DNA of 64,000 bases from a virus. Its lineage: Duplodnaviria; Caudoviricetes. Position 1 is the first letter of the stretch; every line of letters starts with the position of its first letter. The stretch spans positions 1 through 64,000 of the IMG/VR virus record IMGVR_UViG_3300047160_036126, one strand, 5' to 3'. A model generated the notes under the pieces. That model was not told the origin of the DNA. It searched no databases and was given only the letters and a program-made list of their open reading frames with translations. Positions 47,028 through 56,799 of this stretch are shown piece by piece. Position numbers and translations under genes: made by a program.

Positions 47028-47459
47028 ATGCCAGTGAATAATTTTACCATCGGCCGCGACGTAGCGCTCGTTATTCAGACGCCGAACGGGCAGTTGAACG
47101 TGCCGGGGATCACGGATTTCACGGCAGATCCCATTGTCGCTGAGCTTAAATCGAAGCCGCTGAGCGGTATTCCGCAATACGGCTATATCCCGGATGGCTG
47201 GTCGATTTCGGTCAAGATCGACCGCATGGACGCGACGGTCGACAATTTCTGGGCCCAGTTTGAGGCCGCCTATTACGCGGGCGGCAACCAGGTCGGGGGC
47301 ACGATCTTCGAGACGATCCGCGAGCAGGACGGCAGCGTGAGCCAGTGGCGCTATACCGGTGTCGTGCTCAAGCTTGCCAAGGCTGGCGATTTCTCTGGCG
47401 ACAAGAAGGTCGAGCAGACGCTCACCGGCATGGCTTCCCAGAAGATTCGTGTGAGCTAG
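47028..47459 (+). CDS. Tail tube protein
   Basis: Follows sheath; WRYTGVVLK..AGDFSGD. Confidence 0.85.
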   Translation: MPVNNFTIGRDVALVIQTPNGQLNVPGITDFTADPIVAELKSKPLSGIPQYGYIPDGWSISVKIDRMDATVDNFWAQFEAAYYAGGNQVGGTIFETIREQDGSVSQWRYTGVVLKLAKAGDFSGDKKVEQTLTGMASQKIRVS

Positions 47460-47467
47460 GAGAGGTC

Positions 47468-47827
47468 ATGGGTGAGACGCCAGGCCAGGAGATTGCAAAA
47501 CCTCGAACGATCACGGTTACTGACAGTCGAGGCCGCAAGATCGAAGTGCGCAAGGTTAAGACGCTGGACCGCATGCGGCTTCTGGAGCTGGTTGGGCCTG
47601 AATTGTCGGCCAATGACAGGTATGTCGGCCTTGCAGCATTGGCTTATGGCGTGATTTCGATAGATGGCGATGCCGTGCCGCGACCGGCTTCGAAGCTTGC
47701 ACTTGAAGCGCTTCTCGATCGTCTCGACGACGATGGTTTTAATGCCGTCGCGCAAGGAATTGTCGAGAATTTTTATGAAACTGACAAGACGCCAGATCAA
47801 ATAAAGGACGCAATAAAAAACGGGTAG
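47468..47827 (+). CDS. Tail assembly chaperone (gpG-like)
   Basis: VTDSRGRKI, RLDDDGFNAV; ends in slippery A AAA AAC. Confidence 0.8.
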   Translation: MGETPGQEIAKPRTITVTDSRGRKIEVRKVKTLDRMRLLELVGPELSANDRYVGLAALAYGVISIDGDAVPRPASKLALEALLDRLDDDGFNAVAQGIVENFYETDKTPDQIKDAIKNG

Positions 47828-47997
47828 AGCATCCCGATTTGCGGGCCTGTCTTTGGCTTGTCAAAAATGGGGTGCCTTTCGACGTTGCTTTCAGTCTCGA
47901 TGAAGGTGAAAGGCTGGCCTACGCGATCATTTTCGGAGAGTTCGAAGGAAACGCCTGGGATTGGCGGCGGATGCGGTGGCAGGATCGGCAGCCATGA
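47815..47997 (+). other. -1 programmed frameshift site and gpT-like extension
   Basis: A-AAA-AAC at 47815-47821; the -1 frame is open for 58 aa (RVEHPDLRACLWLVKNGVPFDVAF...). Confidence 0.75.
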
Positions 47998-48464
47998 GGG
48001 AATTCACCGGCTTTCTGGCGTTCGCCGAGCATCTGATCACGTTGGGTGTGAAGGAGAAGATTTTGCAGCATGGGTGCCTCGAAGAGGCGTGCGTGCAGAT
48101 CGAACACCGGGCCAAAGAAAAATTCGGCGAATATCAGGAGCAGGCGGGCCCGTTTGAGGCCTGGGCACCTCTGAGTCCGGCGACGATCGAGGATCGCATA
48201 GCGAAAGGCTATACGCCGGACGATCCACTACTGCGCAGCGGCGCAACGCGGGATTCGATCGAGCATAAAATTATCGGCAATGAAGGTCATGTTGGCTCGG
48301 ACAGCGATATTTTGCTCTGGCTGGAGCTGGGCACCTCGAAGATGCCGCCGCGCAGCACATTAGGCGGGGCAGCATTCGAGCTGGAACCGAAAATCAGGGA
48401 AGAGATCGGGATTGAATACGCCGCCTTCCTGTCGGGAGGAAAAACAAAGGTGCCAATCAAATGA
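47994..48464 (+). CDS. HK97 gp10-like/virion morphogenesis protein
   Basis: WAPLSPAT..PLLRSG..RDSI..LELGTSKMPPRSTL. Confidence 0.78.
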   Translation: MREFTGFLAFAEHLITLGVKEKILQHGCLEEACVQIEHRAKEKFGEYQEQAGPFEAWAPLSPATIEDRIAKGYTPDDPLLRSGATRDSIEHKIIGNEGHVGSDSDILLWLELGTSKMPPRSTLGGAAFELEPKIREEIGIEYAAFLSGGKTKVPIK

Positions 48465-49990
48465 CGGACGCATACAAAATCGGCGTATCCGTCGTCCTTA
48501 CGAACCTGATTGGGACCGAACTTACCCGCATCGCCAAGGAATTCGAGGTTGCCGATAAATCGGCGGCGGGATTTAGCGTTGCGCTCGGCGCCGTGGCGGT
48601 TGCGGTCGCTGGCGTGACGGCCGCGATGGTGGCGGGAATTAACGAGGCAAGGAAATTCCAGGTCGAGGTGGCGAAATTCGCTCTCTTTGGCATGAGCGAC
48701 AAGACAAACCGCGACGCGCAGTCCTTTGCCGAGAACATGAAGGTGATTGGCACGAGCGCCACGGAGGCCATGCGTCTCGTCAACGAGGCCCAAGGTGTGT
48801 TCCGGGAATCTGGCCTTTCGGAAGACCAGGCGCTGCGCGGCGCGAAGATGTCGGCGCCGCTGCTGGCGAAGATCGATTTCATCAGCAAGGCCCTCGACGA
48901 GGCGAGTGCATCGAAGATGCACGGCTCGGCACAGGCCATGCTGCGCTTCATCGACATGCAGGGCGGTTTGAACGATCCGGAACGGTTCAATCAGATCGCG
49001 AATGCCGGCTTTAAGGCAATCCGGTCGTCGGGGGGGAACATCGATTGGGAGCAGTACCGGCAGTTTCGCGCACGGGGCGCATCGGCCGCGGCGAACCTTT
49101 CGGATGCGGCCTTGTTCGGCGAATTCGAGCCGATAATTCAGGAATTGAAGGGAAGCACGGCAGGTTTCGCGCTGCGGACGGCCTATAACCGGATGAACGG
49201 AATTATCCGGCTGCCCAATCAGGCGGCGCACGAGCTGGTGAAGATCGGTGCGTGGGATCAGAGTCAAATCGAGTGGAATTCGCTGGGCGGCATCAAGCGG
49301 TTCAAGGGAAATCCGCTGGTTGAAGCAGATTTGTTCGCAAAAGACCCCGTGGCTTATTACGAGAAATACATCCTTCCGTTTTACGAAAAGAACCATCTCA
49401 CGCAGGAACAGCGGACGCGGGAAAATGCGCTGCTGTTCGGAAGCACCGGCGGCAATCTCTTTTCAATCATCGAGCGCCAGGGCGGCGCAATTCACCGATC
49501 GGCCGATGCATGGAACAAGGCGCTCGGCATTGACGCATCAGTGGATGTGGCGAAGAAGACCGTGGACGGCCAGCTCGTCAATCTGACGGCCGAGTGGGCT
49601 ACGCTGATGAAAAATATCGGTACAGACTTGCTTCCCGCGGTCAATAGCGGGCTGCAAATTCTGTCCGGCATACTGAAGGCGATAAACGATAATTGGCAGA
49701 AAATCGGCAACACGTTGTCGTTTATCGGCAAGGGGTTGCACGGCGGCGACTTTGGGGCCTGGGCCGCAAATGGCGCGCTGGATTTGCTCGGTGTAGGTTC
49801 CGCAGCGCCGCCGCCCAAGCAACAGTCCTTCACGCTGAATAACGTGACCAAGCTTGACGGGCGTGTCTTGGCTGACAGTACGACGAAATATCAGGTCGAG
49901 GGATTGGCGAAGATGCCTTCGACGGGCAACGATTATGACTTGCGCGCCACGCCTTACATGCCGGGCTATGGAGCCCTTGGCAGTTACTGA
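48461..49990 (+). CDS. Tape measure protein (509 aa, short tail)
   Basis: Ala-rich helical protein in canonical position. Confidence 0.8.
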   Translation: MTDAYKIGVSVVLTNLIGTELTRIAKEFEVADKSAAGFSVALGAVAVAVAGVTAAMVAGINEARKFQVEVAKFALFGMSDKTNRDAQSFAENMKVIGTSATEAMRLVNEAQGVFRESGLSEDQALRGAKMSAPLLAKIDFISKALDEASASKMHGSAQAMLRFIDMQGGLNDPERFNQIANAGFKAIRSSGGNIDWEQYRQFRARGASAAANLSDAALFGEFEPIIQELKGSTAGFALRTAYNRMNGIIRLPNQAAHELVKIGAWDQSQIEWNSLGGIKRFKGNPLVEADLFAKDPVAYYEKYILPFYEKNHLTQEQRTRENALLFGSTGGNLFSIIERQGGAIHRSADAWNKALGIDASVDVAKKTVDGQLVNLTAEWATLMKNIGTDLLPAVNSGLQILSGILKAINDNWQKIGNTLSFIGKGLHGGDFGAWAANGALDLLGVGSAAPPPKQQSFTLNNVTKLDGRVLADSTTKYQVEGLAKMPSTGNDYDLRATPYMPGYGALGSY

Positions 49991-50757
49991 TGCCTGTGCT
50001 CTTGACGCTGGGGCCGCTGCTTTTCAGCGACTTCGAGGTGCCGGATAGCATTAATTTCGGCGGCGAGCAAATGCTTGTCGTGCGCAAGCTGGTAGGCGGT
50101 GATCGCGTGATCGACGCGATGGGCCGGGACGATGACGATATTCGCTGGTCCGGGCGCTTTCGGGGCGACCAGGCCGAGACGCGCGCAGCGCTGGCGGATT
50201 CGCTGCGGGTCGACGGTCAACCGATAACCTTGGCGTGGTCGAGCCGGCGGTATCTAGTCGTCGTAAGGGATTTCAAGGCGCAGTTTCAGCAGCCGTTCGA
50301 AATTCCTTATTCGATTGTCTGCACGGTGCTGCAGGATCTGAGCGTCCCGATCGCATCGCTAGCCGGCGATATAAACGCTGCAATAAATTCGGATGTGACG
50401 GGTGCCGGAGTTCTGGGCACCGGCCTCAGCATGGCGGATGTGTCGGCAGGCCTGGCGGGTGTCTCGGCCGCCGTGGGCATAGTGAACAATTTCCCTGGCG
50501 CTCCGGTTTCGCAGCTTATTCAGGTGCAGACTGCATTGTCGGTCGCACAATCGGCGGTGACGGGCAGGCTGAATTCGCTGAACGGCGTGGTGGCGAACGC
50601 AGGGAGCGTGGCGGGGGTAGTGGGCGGCCTGGGTCCGCAATCGATCGCGGCGTCTCTATCGGGTCAGGCGACGGCGTTTCAGCAATTGGGTCAGCTTTAT
50701 CAAATTCAGGCGTTGCTCGGCCGGACGTCCGTGAATGTGGCAAATGCCGGGAGTTAG
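49990..50757 (+). CDS. Tail-tube initiator/baseplate hub protein
   Basis: FEVPDSINFGGEQ..GGDRVIDAMG. Confidence 0.7.
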   Translation: MPVLLTLGPLLFSDFEVPDSINFGGEQMLVVRKLVGGDRVIDAMGRDDDDIRWSGRFRGDQAETRAALADSLRVDGQPITLAWSSRRYLVVVRDFKAQFQQPFEIPYSIVCTVLQDLSVPIASLAGDINAAINSDVTGAGVLGTGLSMADVSAGLAGVSAAVGIVNNFPGAPVSQLIQVQTALSVAQSAVTGRLNSLNGVVANAGSVAGVVGGLGPQSIAASLSGQATAFQQLGQLYQIQALLGRTSVNVANAGS

Positions 50758-50768
50758 GCGGGTGAGCC

Positions 50769-50954
50769 GTGAAAACAATTACTGTAACCGGTGGTGATCT
50801 TTATCATATTGCGCTCGATCAGCTAAACGATGCGACGCAATGGAATCGCATCGCCCAGCTTAACGATCTCCTCGATCCCGTACTCTCGGGCGTCACAACC
50901 CTCAAAATCCCTTCCATCAATGCGCAGGCCGGCGGCGGCGTGCTCGTGCTTTAA
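50769..50954 (+). CDS. LysM/tail X-like baseplate protein
   Basis: DLYHIALDQL.DATQWNRIAQLN. Confidence 0.78.
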   Translation: MKTITVTGGDLYHIALDQLNDATQWNRIAQLNDLLDPVLSGVTTLKIPSINAQAGGGVLVL

Positions 50955-52064
50955 ATGGCCATCTCCGATCTTCAGGGCCAAGGCAGTCGCCTCCGGAGGC
51001 CGTATGGCAGCATTTTCGTCAATCAGAGCGACATTCTGACGGGCTGGACGGAATTCGAGGTCACGAACGCAAGTCATTTTGCTTCCGACACGTTCCGGAT
51101 TGCAGCATCCATTGCGCGGTTGCCGCCAGATCTTGGCATTGCGTATTGGGGGGATTCGGTCGATGACGAGCTCGAAATTTTCGCGGGCTTCAAGGACGAA
51201 TCAGGCGTCTCGACGCAAAAGAATTCGCTGATTTACGGCCAGGTTGATGAAGTCGAAATTGATCTCGTCAGGCAGACGCTTACACTGTCGGGCCGCGATC
51301 TGTCGGCGCGGTTTCTGGACGTCAAGACCGCCGAGCATTTTCAGGACCAGAAGGCGAGCGACATAGCGGTCAAGCTGGCCGCGCGCCATGGCATGAAGGC
51401 GTCGGTGGAACCGACGAAGCAGCGGGTCGGCGGCTATTACGAATATTACCACACAAGGATGACGAAGGATCAATCCGAGTGGGACCTGCTCATGTTTCTG
51501 GCCGAGCAGGAAGGCTACGATCTTTGGGTTTCCGGGCAGACGCTTAATTTTCAGCCGCCGGTACCGGACACGGCCGATCCCTATTTGCTGCTATGGTCTG
51601 ATTTGGGCCAGGGCAACCGCGTCGCGAATTTCGAAAGCCTGAAACTGCATCGCAGCGAGACGCTCGCGAAAGACGTGATCGTGCGAGTGCAGAGCTGGAA
51701 CCAAGCGCAGGAAACGGTCATCACGGCCGAAAATCACCGCAATCAGGCAAACAAAAGCCAGAGGGTGGGAGGAACGGCGCAGGTCTATACCTTCTATCCG
51801 CCGAATTTGACGAAGGATCAGGCGGACAAATGGGCAGCGGCCAAAGCCGAGGACATCACGAAACATGAGCGGGTGATTGCTGGCACATTGCCGGCCGACA
51901 ATCTGCTCAATAACCGGTCGCTCATAAAGCTCGTGGGCACGGGCACGAGCTGGGATCAGCTTTACAATCTCGATAGCGTCACAAGGCGCATGTCGGTGAC
52001 GGAAGGCTATTCGATGGAATTCCGCGCCAAGAACCATTCGACACAGAGCACAATACTGCTATGA
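50955..52064 (+). CDS. Baseplate hub (late control D family)
   Basis: LSGRDLSARF, QSEWDLL, GTLPAD. Confidence 0.82.
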   Translation: MAISDLQGQGSRLRRPYGSIFVNQSDILTGWTEFEVTNASHFASDTFRIAASIARLPPDLGIAYWGDSVDDELEIFAGFKDESGVSTQKNSLIYGQVDEVEIDLVRQTLTLSGRDLSARFLDVKTAEHFQDQKASDIAVKLAARHGMKASVEPTKQRVGGYYEYYHTRMTKDQSEWDLLMFLAEQEGYDLWVSGQTLNFQPPVPDTADPYLLLWSDLGQGNRVANFESLKLHRSETLAKDVIVRVQSWNQAQETVITAENHRNQANKSQRVGGTAQVYTFYPPNLTKDQADKWAAAKAEDITKHERVIAGTLPADNLLNNRSLIKLVGTGTSWDQLYNLDSVTRRMSVTEGYSMEFRAKNHSTQSTILL

Positions 52065-52615
52065 GCTGGATGGGGCGCCTTCGCAATCAGATGCGGCAGG
52101 AAGCGCAGCGCGCGGTGTCTCAGGTGACATTGCCGCGGATGGGCATAGTCACGAATTACGATCCTGACCGCTACGCCGCGCGCGTGAAGTTGCAGCCGGA
52201 AGGGATAATGACCGGCTATTTACCGGTGACGACAATATGGGTCGGTAACGGCTGGGGCTTCTACGCGCCGCCGTCGATCGGCGACGTTGTCGAGGTGCAT
52301 TTCCAGCAAGGCGGCAAGGAAGCTGGATTTATCGTCAATCGCTTCTATAGCGCGAAAACGCAGCCACTGTCGGTTCAATCAGGTGAGTTTTGGGTGGTGC
52401 ATAAGGCTGGCCCATACCTGAAATTCATGAATAACCAGAAGGTTACTCTTCATAGTGGGGCTGAAATCGACGTGGGCAATCTGGGCGGAACGCTGCACAA
52501 GCTTATCACGGATGCGTTCGTTCCGCTGTTCAACAACCACACCCATGCGGGCAGTCCGATACCGGATCAGCAAATCACGGCCGCGCATCAGACACAAATC
52601 CTGAAGGCGAATTAA
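52061..52615 (+). CDS. Baseplate spike (gpV-like)
   Basis: GIVTNYDP..ARVKLQP, PPSIGDVV, FNNHTH. Confidence 0.85.
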   Translation: MSWMGRLRNQMRQEAQRAVSQVTLPRMGIVTNYDPDRYAARVKLQPEGIMTGYLPVTTIWVGNGWGFYAPPSIGDVVEVHFQQGGKEAGFIVNRFYSAKTQPLSVQSGEFWVVHKAGPYLKFMNNQKVTLHSGAEIDVGNLGGTLHKLITDAFVPLFNNHTHAGSPIPDQQITAAHQTQILKAN

Positions 52616-52616
52616 C

Positions 52617-52994
52617 ATGGAAGTCTGGCACGCGTTCGGGGGTGATCTTGTGGCGAGCGCGAACGGCGATTTGCTCACTGCGGATAGCGTGGACGCGAGC
52701 GGCCAGCGCGTGTTGCGTCGCCTCTTGACGAACCAGAAGGATTACATCTGGCAGCCGGATTATGGGGCAGGCCTACCGGCAAAGATCGGCGATCCTTTCG
52801 ACGTCGCAACGATCGATAGCATCGTAACGGGGCAGATGTATCTGGAAGAATCAGTTGTGCGCGATCCGCCGCCGGATATCGGGGTGGCGTCATTTCCTAA
52901 TGGGATGTTCGTAGACATCAAATACACGGAAGCCGATTCCGGCCAGCCGGTGGTGCTCAATTTGCCGGTGACGGCGCAAGGTGCAAATGGCTAG
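52617..52994 (+). CDS. Baseplate wedge gpW/gp25-like
   Basis: QRVLRRLLTN..YIWQPDYGAGL. Confidence 0.82.
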   Translation: MEVWHAFGGDLVASANGDLLTADSVDASGQRVLRRLLTNQKDYIWQPDYGAGLPAKIGDPFDVATIDSIVTGQMYLEESVVRDPPPDIGVASFPNGMFVDIKYTEADSGQPVVLNLPVTAQGANG

Positions 52995-54111
52995 TCTGGC
53001 GACATTGGCTTTCTCAGACCTGGTCCGCAACATGGTCGCGGCGATCCAGGCGAAATCGACGGCTCTCTTGAATTTCACCGTCGGCTCTGTACTGCGCGCG
53101 ATCATAGAGGCAATCGCCGGCATGACGCTGTGGCTGCAGGGCCTCATCGTCTATGTGCTTACGCTCACGCGGTTCAATACAAGCAAGGGCGCCGACGCGG
53201 ATAGCTGGGCGGCTGATTTCGGTTTCGCGCGTCTGGCGGCCGTCGCAGCGACGGGCAATGTCACGTTCACGCGCTTTACGACGACGACGCAATCGATTGT
53301 GCCGTTTGGCACGCAGTTGCAGAGTGCGGACAGCACGCAGAATTTTACCGTGGTCACCGACCCCAGCAACCCGGCCTATAACGCCGGTTTGGGGGGCTAT
53401 GTAATTTCGATCGGCACGGCAACGCTTACGGTCGGCGTGATGGCGAACGCGGCCGGCTCTGCTGGCAATGTGTTGGCGAATACGATCACCTCGATGGGCC
53501 AGGGTATTCCGGGTGTCGATACGGTCACGAATGCATCGGCGTTCACGAACGGCCTGGATGCCGAGGTCGACACCTCGTTCTATGCGCGTTTTGTTCTGTT
53601 TATTGCTTCGCTCGCAAAGGCGACAAAGACGGCCATTCAGGCGGCGATTGCCAATGTACAGCAGGGGCTGCAGGAAACGATCACGGAGAATTACGACTAC
53701 AGCAGCGCCTATGATCCAGGCTCATTCTATGTAGTCGTTTCAGACGGCGATTCCGCGCCGTCATCGGACCTTTTAAACACGGTCGGCACGGCCATCGATA
53801 ACACACGCGCGCTGGGCATTCGGTTCGCGGTTTTTGCGCCGGTCTTCGTGAATGCCAATGTGAACATGACGATTACCTCGGCGGCCGGGCTCGATCATCC
53901 GACGGTTGTGGGCAATGTCGGGCTGGCGGTTACGAATTTCCTTAATACTTTGCCGCTCGGCGCTGGACTGCCGTACACGCAGCTTGCGGCGGTTGCGTAT
54001 GGCGTGGCCGGGGTGGTCAACGTCACGGCTGTGACGCTGAACAGTGGCACCAGCGATATCGCGGCCAATGCGCAGAATCAGGTGATCGCCGGCACGGTTA
54101 CGATTAGTTAG
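52987..54111 (+). CDS. Baseplate J family protein
   Basis: GSVLRAIIEA, ATGNVTFTR, AGSAGNV, TNGLDAE. Confidence 0.9.
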   Translation: MASLATLAFSDLVRNMVAAIQAKSTALLNFTVGSVLRAIIEAIAGMTLWLQGLIVYVLTLTRFNTSKGADADSWAADFGFARLAAVAATGNVTFTRFTTTTQSIVPFGTQLQSADSTQNFTVVTDPSNPAYNAGLGGYVISIGTATLTVGVMANAAGSAGNVLANTITSMGQGIPGVDTVTNASAFTNGLDAEVDTSFYARFVLFIASLAKATKTAIQAAIANVQQGLQETITENYDYSSAYDPGSFYVVVSDGDSAPSSDLLNTVGTAIDNTRALGIRFAVFAPVFVNANVNMTITSAAGLDHPTVVGNVGLAVTNFLNTLPLGAGLPYTQLAAVAYGVAGVVNVTAVTLNSGTSDIAANAQNQVIAGTVTIS

Positions 54112-54119
54112 GACATTGG

Positions 54120-54788
54120 ATGGCGACGGGTGATGCGCAGGACATTCTTGGGCGCATTAAAGCGCTTCTGCCGCGCCGCTGGTTTCCCGACAGCACGCCG
54201 GTGCTGGATGCGCTTCTTTCAGGCCCGGCTTGGGCTTTGGCGCTGGTTTATTCACTGATCCAGTATGCGAAGGACCAAACGCGGATTGGCACAGCGACGG
54301 ACGGTTTTCTCGACTTGATTTCATACGATTATTTCGGCACTGCGCTGCCGCGGCGGCATAGTGAGCTGGACGCGCCGTTCCGCGCGCGCATTCTGGCTAC
54401 TCTACTGAGGCCGAAGGCGACCAGGCCGGGCATGATCGCGTCGCTGGTGAATTTGACCGGCCGCACGCCGATCATTTTCGAGCCGTGGCGGGTTGCTGAT
54501 ACCGGTGCCTGGGGTGGAACTGTTGGCGGGTTTGCATGGAACACGGCAGGCGCATGGGGATCGCTGCGGCTTAACGCGCAGGCTTTCATCACGGCCTATC
54601 GGCCGGGCTCTTCGGGTATTCCTAACGTGGCTGGCTGGAATTCGACTTATGCAGGGTGGGGAGCGCCATATCTGTCGTTGTGTTCGCTAAGCCAAATTCA
54701 GGGCGCGGTAACCGATGCTGATATTTACGCGACCGTTGACTCTGTGAAGGCGGCTGGAACGACGATGTGGACAAGGCTGTCCGATTAG
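54120..54788 (+). CDS. Baseplate gpI-like protein
   Basis: TATDGFLDLISYDYFG, PKATRPG. Confidence 0.8.
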   Translation: MATGDAQDILGRIKALLPRRWFPDSTPVLDALLSGPAWALALVYSLIQYAKDQTRIGTATDGFLDLISYDYFGTALPRRHSELDAPFRARILATLLRPKATRPGMIASLVNLTGRTPIIFEPWRVADTGAWGGTVGGFAWNTAGAWGSLRLNAQAFITAYRPGSSGIPNVAGWNSTYAGWGAPYLSLCSLSQIQGAVTDADIYATVDSVKAAGTTMWTRLSD

Positions 54789-54805
54789 AATTAACAGAAA
54801 CGAAG

Positions 54806-54870
54806 TGGACAATTTGCCGCAATAGGATTAAATAATCGACACCTCCGGGGGAGGGCGAAACCCGGAGCGT
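54806..54870 (+). promoter_or_regulatory. Internal promoter-like site and hairpin before tail fibre
   Basis: TGGACA..TTGCCGCAATA..TAAAT; CTCCGGG/CCCGGAG stem. Confidence 0.35.
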
Positions 54871-54872
54871 GC

Positions 54873-56306
54873 ATGGATCGAAAGATTGCCTATACAGGCG
54901 AAATCGCCCTCGTAGACGATTTTCTCAACACGCAGCGCTTTATTATGACCGCGCTTGGGATGGCCTTGCAGGCTATTCTTGGCACGGGAACGGTGGTCGA
55001 TGGGTTAAACTGCACGCCGAACTCGCCGGCGGATCTGCATGTTATCGTCGCCGCCGGATCGATCTACGCTCTCGAAAACCTCGACAGCACGGCTTATGGC
55101 GATCTTTCATCCGATACAGCGCACCAGATCGTCAAGCAGGGCATCGTTCTCGATAACACGACGCTCAGTTGCCCGGCTCCGCCGACAACCGGCCAGTCGA
55201 TCAATTATCTCATCCAGGCCGCATACCAGGACGTCGATACTGACTCGACGGTCCTTCCTTATTTCAACTCCTCCAATCCCGCGGTTGCTTATAACGGCCC
55301 CAGCAATACTGGTGTTTCACAGAACACGACCCGTAAAGGGCAATGCACAATCAGCGTGAAGGCCGGGACGGCCGCGACGACCGGCACGCAGACGACGCCG
55401 GCGGCGGATGCGGGATTTACAGGATTGTGGGTTGTGACGGTCGCGAACGGCGCGACCACGATCACTTCCGGCAATATCACCAAAGCCAGCGCCGCTCCGT
55501 TCATCAATTACAAGCTTCCGCAGCTCGCGCCGGCGGTGGTGAGCCGCACGGCACTGACAGGAAACACGACCTATTATGTGACGCCTTCGGGCAACGATAG
55601 CACGGGCGATGGAACGTCAGGCAGCCCGTGGCAGACGATTCAGCATGCCGTGAATGTTATCGCGAGCACGATTGATCTGGCCGGTTACACGGTGACGATC
55701 AAACTCAATGCGACGGGGAGCTACTCGGGAGTAAATGTCAAAGGGCCATGGGTAGGCGGTCCTTATAACGCCGTTACGATTGTGGGAGATACTGGGACTT
55801 CCTCCAATACGGTCATAACCGGCGGCGTCAATTGCAATGATGGCGGGATCGCAATCTCGAATCTTCAGGTGCAAAATTCGAGTGGCGACGCAATCGGGCT
55901 TGATGCGGACGCGCAAATCGATATCGGCAGTGCGATTGTCTTCGGCACGACAACGGGCAGCCATGTCGATGTGAAGAATGGCTCGATAGCGACCTTGCAA
56001 CATAATTATAATGTTACCGGCGGCGCCGCGGTCGATCATTTCGCGGTTGGGCCGGCCGGCACGATCAATGCCGGCAGCATCACGGCGACGGGCAGCTCAA
56101 GCCTTACCTTTGGCACATACGCCAATGCGAGCAATTGTGGCGTGCTTTATGCTCCGAGCTATGCATGGTCGGGTTTCTCGGGCGTAACGGCTGTGCAGTA
56201 CGGCGTCCAATTAAATGGGGTGATTAATATCAACGGCGCAACAGCGGCCGGGTATTTCCCTGGCGGAAGCAGTGGATCAACAGCAACCGGCGGTGAGATC
56301 GGCTAA
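54873..56306 (+). CDS. Tail fibre/tailspike with beta-helix-like C-terminus
   Basis: N-terminal baseplate-attachment region; YYVTPSGNDSTGDGTSGSPWQTIQHA. Confidence 0.8.
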   Translation: MDRKIAYTGEIALVDDFLNTQRFIMTALGMALQAILGTGTVVDGLNCTPNSPADLHVIVAAGSIYALENLDSTAYGDLSSDTAHQIVKQGIVLDNTTLSCPAPPTTGQSINYLIQAAYQDVDTDSTVLPYFNSSNPAVAYNGPSNTGVSQNTTRKGQCTISVKAGTAATTGTQTTPAADAGFTGLWVVTVANGATTITSGNITKASAAPFINYKLPQLAPAVVSRTALTGNTTYYVTPSGNDSTGDGTSGSPWQTIQHAVNVIASTIDLAGYTVTIKLNATGSYSGVNVKGPWVGGPYNAVTIVGDTGTSSNTVITGGVNCNDGGIAISNLQVQNSSGDAIGLDADAQIDIGSAIVFGTTTGSHVDVKNGSIATLQHNYNVTGGAAVDHFAVGPAGTINAGSITATGSSSLTFGTYANASNCGVLYAPSYAWSGFSGVTAVQYGVQLNGVININGATAAGYFPGGSSGSTATGGEIG

Positions 56307-56318
56307 GGGAGAAAGAAA

Positions 56319-56798
56319 ATGCCTTTGGATAAACATCACAAGATCAATTACGCAATCGGGCTGGTCGCGCTCGCGGGATCGCTGCATGCGGCAAGCGTTG
56401 CGCATAAGCCGGTCGACGTGACGATTGCTCCCCCCGCCCAGGAACAAAAAGTCGGTCGTCATGAATGGGCGCCGCTGGGCGGCGATATGACCGTGAAGCT
56501 CGGTGATGCGTTGCAGGGGATGAAGCCGGGCAAGGTCACGATCTATTGCGCGAACCTTCATTGCAAGCGGCTGGCGACCGATCTGGATGATGCTTTTCAG
56601 GTTGGGCAATGGGATTCGCAATTCGAGGACCGCGCGGTCGATAGCGAAGAGGACGACGGTCTGTTTGTCGGGCCGCCGGGCGCTGAAGCCGAGCATCTGG
56701 CCGATGTGATCGAGGAAACCACAGGGCTTAAAGCCGAAGTCGTGCCGATCGACGGCATCGACGGGCTCGGGGTGATTATCGGAAAGAAAGGGAAGTGA
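56319..56798 (+). CDS. Hypothetical protein with N-terminal hydrophobic/signal segment
   Basis: YAIGLVALAGSLHAA. Confidence 0.6.
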   Translation: MPLDKHHKINYAIGLVALAGSLHAASVAHKPVDVTIAPPAQEQKVGRHEWAPLGGDMTVKLGDALQGMKPGKVTIYCANLHCKRLATDLDDAFQVGQWDSQFEDRAVDSEEDDGLFVGPPGAEAEHLADVIEETTGLKAEVVPIDGIDGLGVIIGKKGK

Positions 56799-56799
56799 G

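Noticed and set aside
37122-48396. Long antisense ORFs over portal, capsid, sheath and tape measure (e.g. 37122-38255, 39554-40456, 41702-42337, 45313-46221; also 48287-49396)
   Set aside because: Shadow ORFs of GC-rich coding strands
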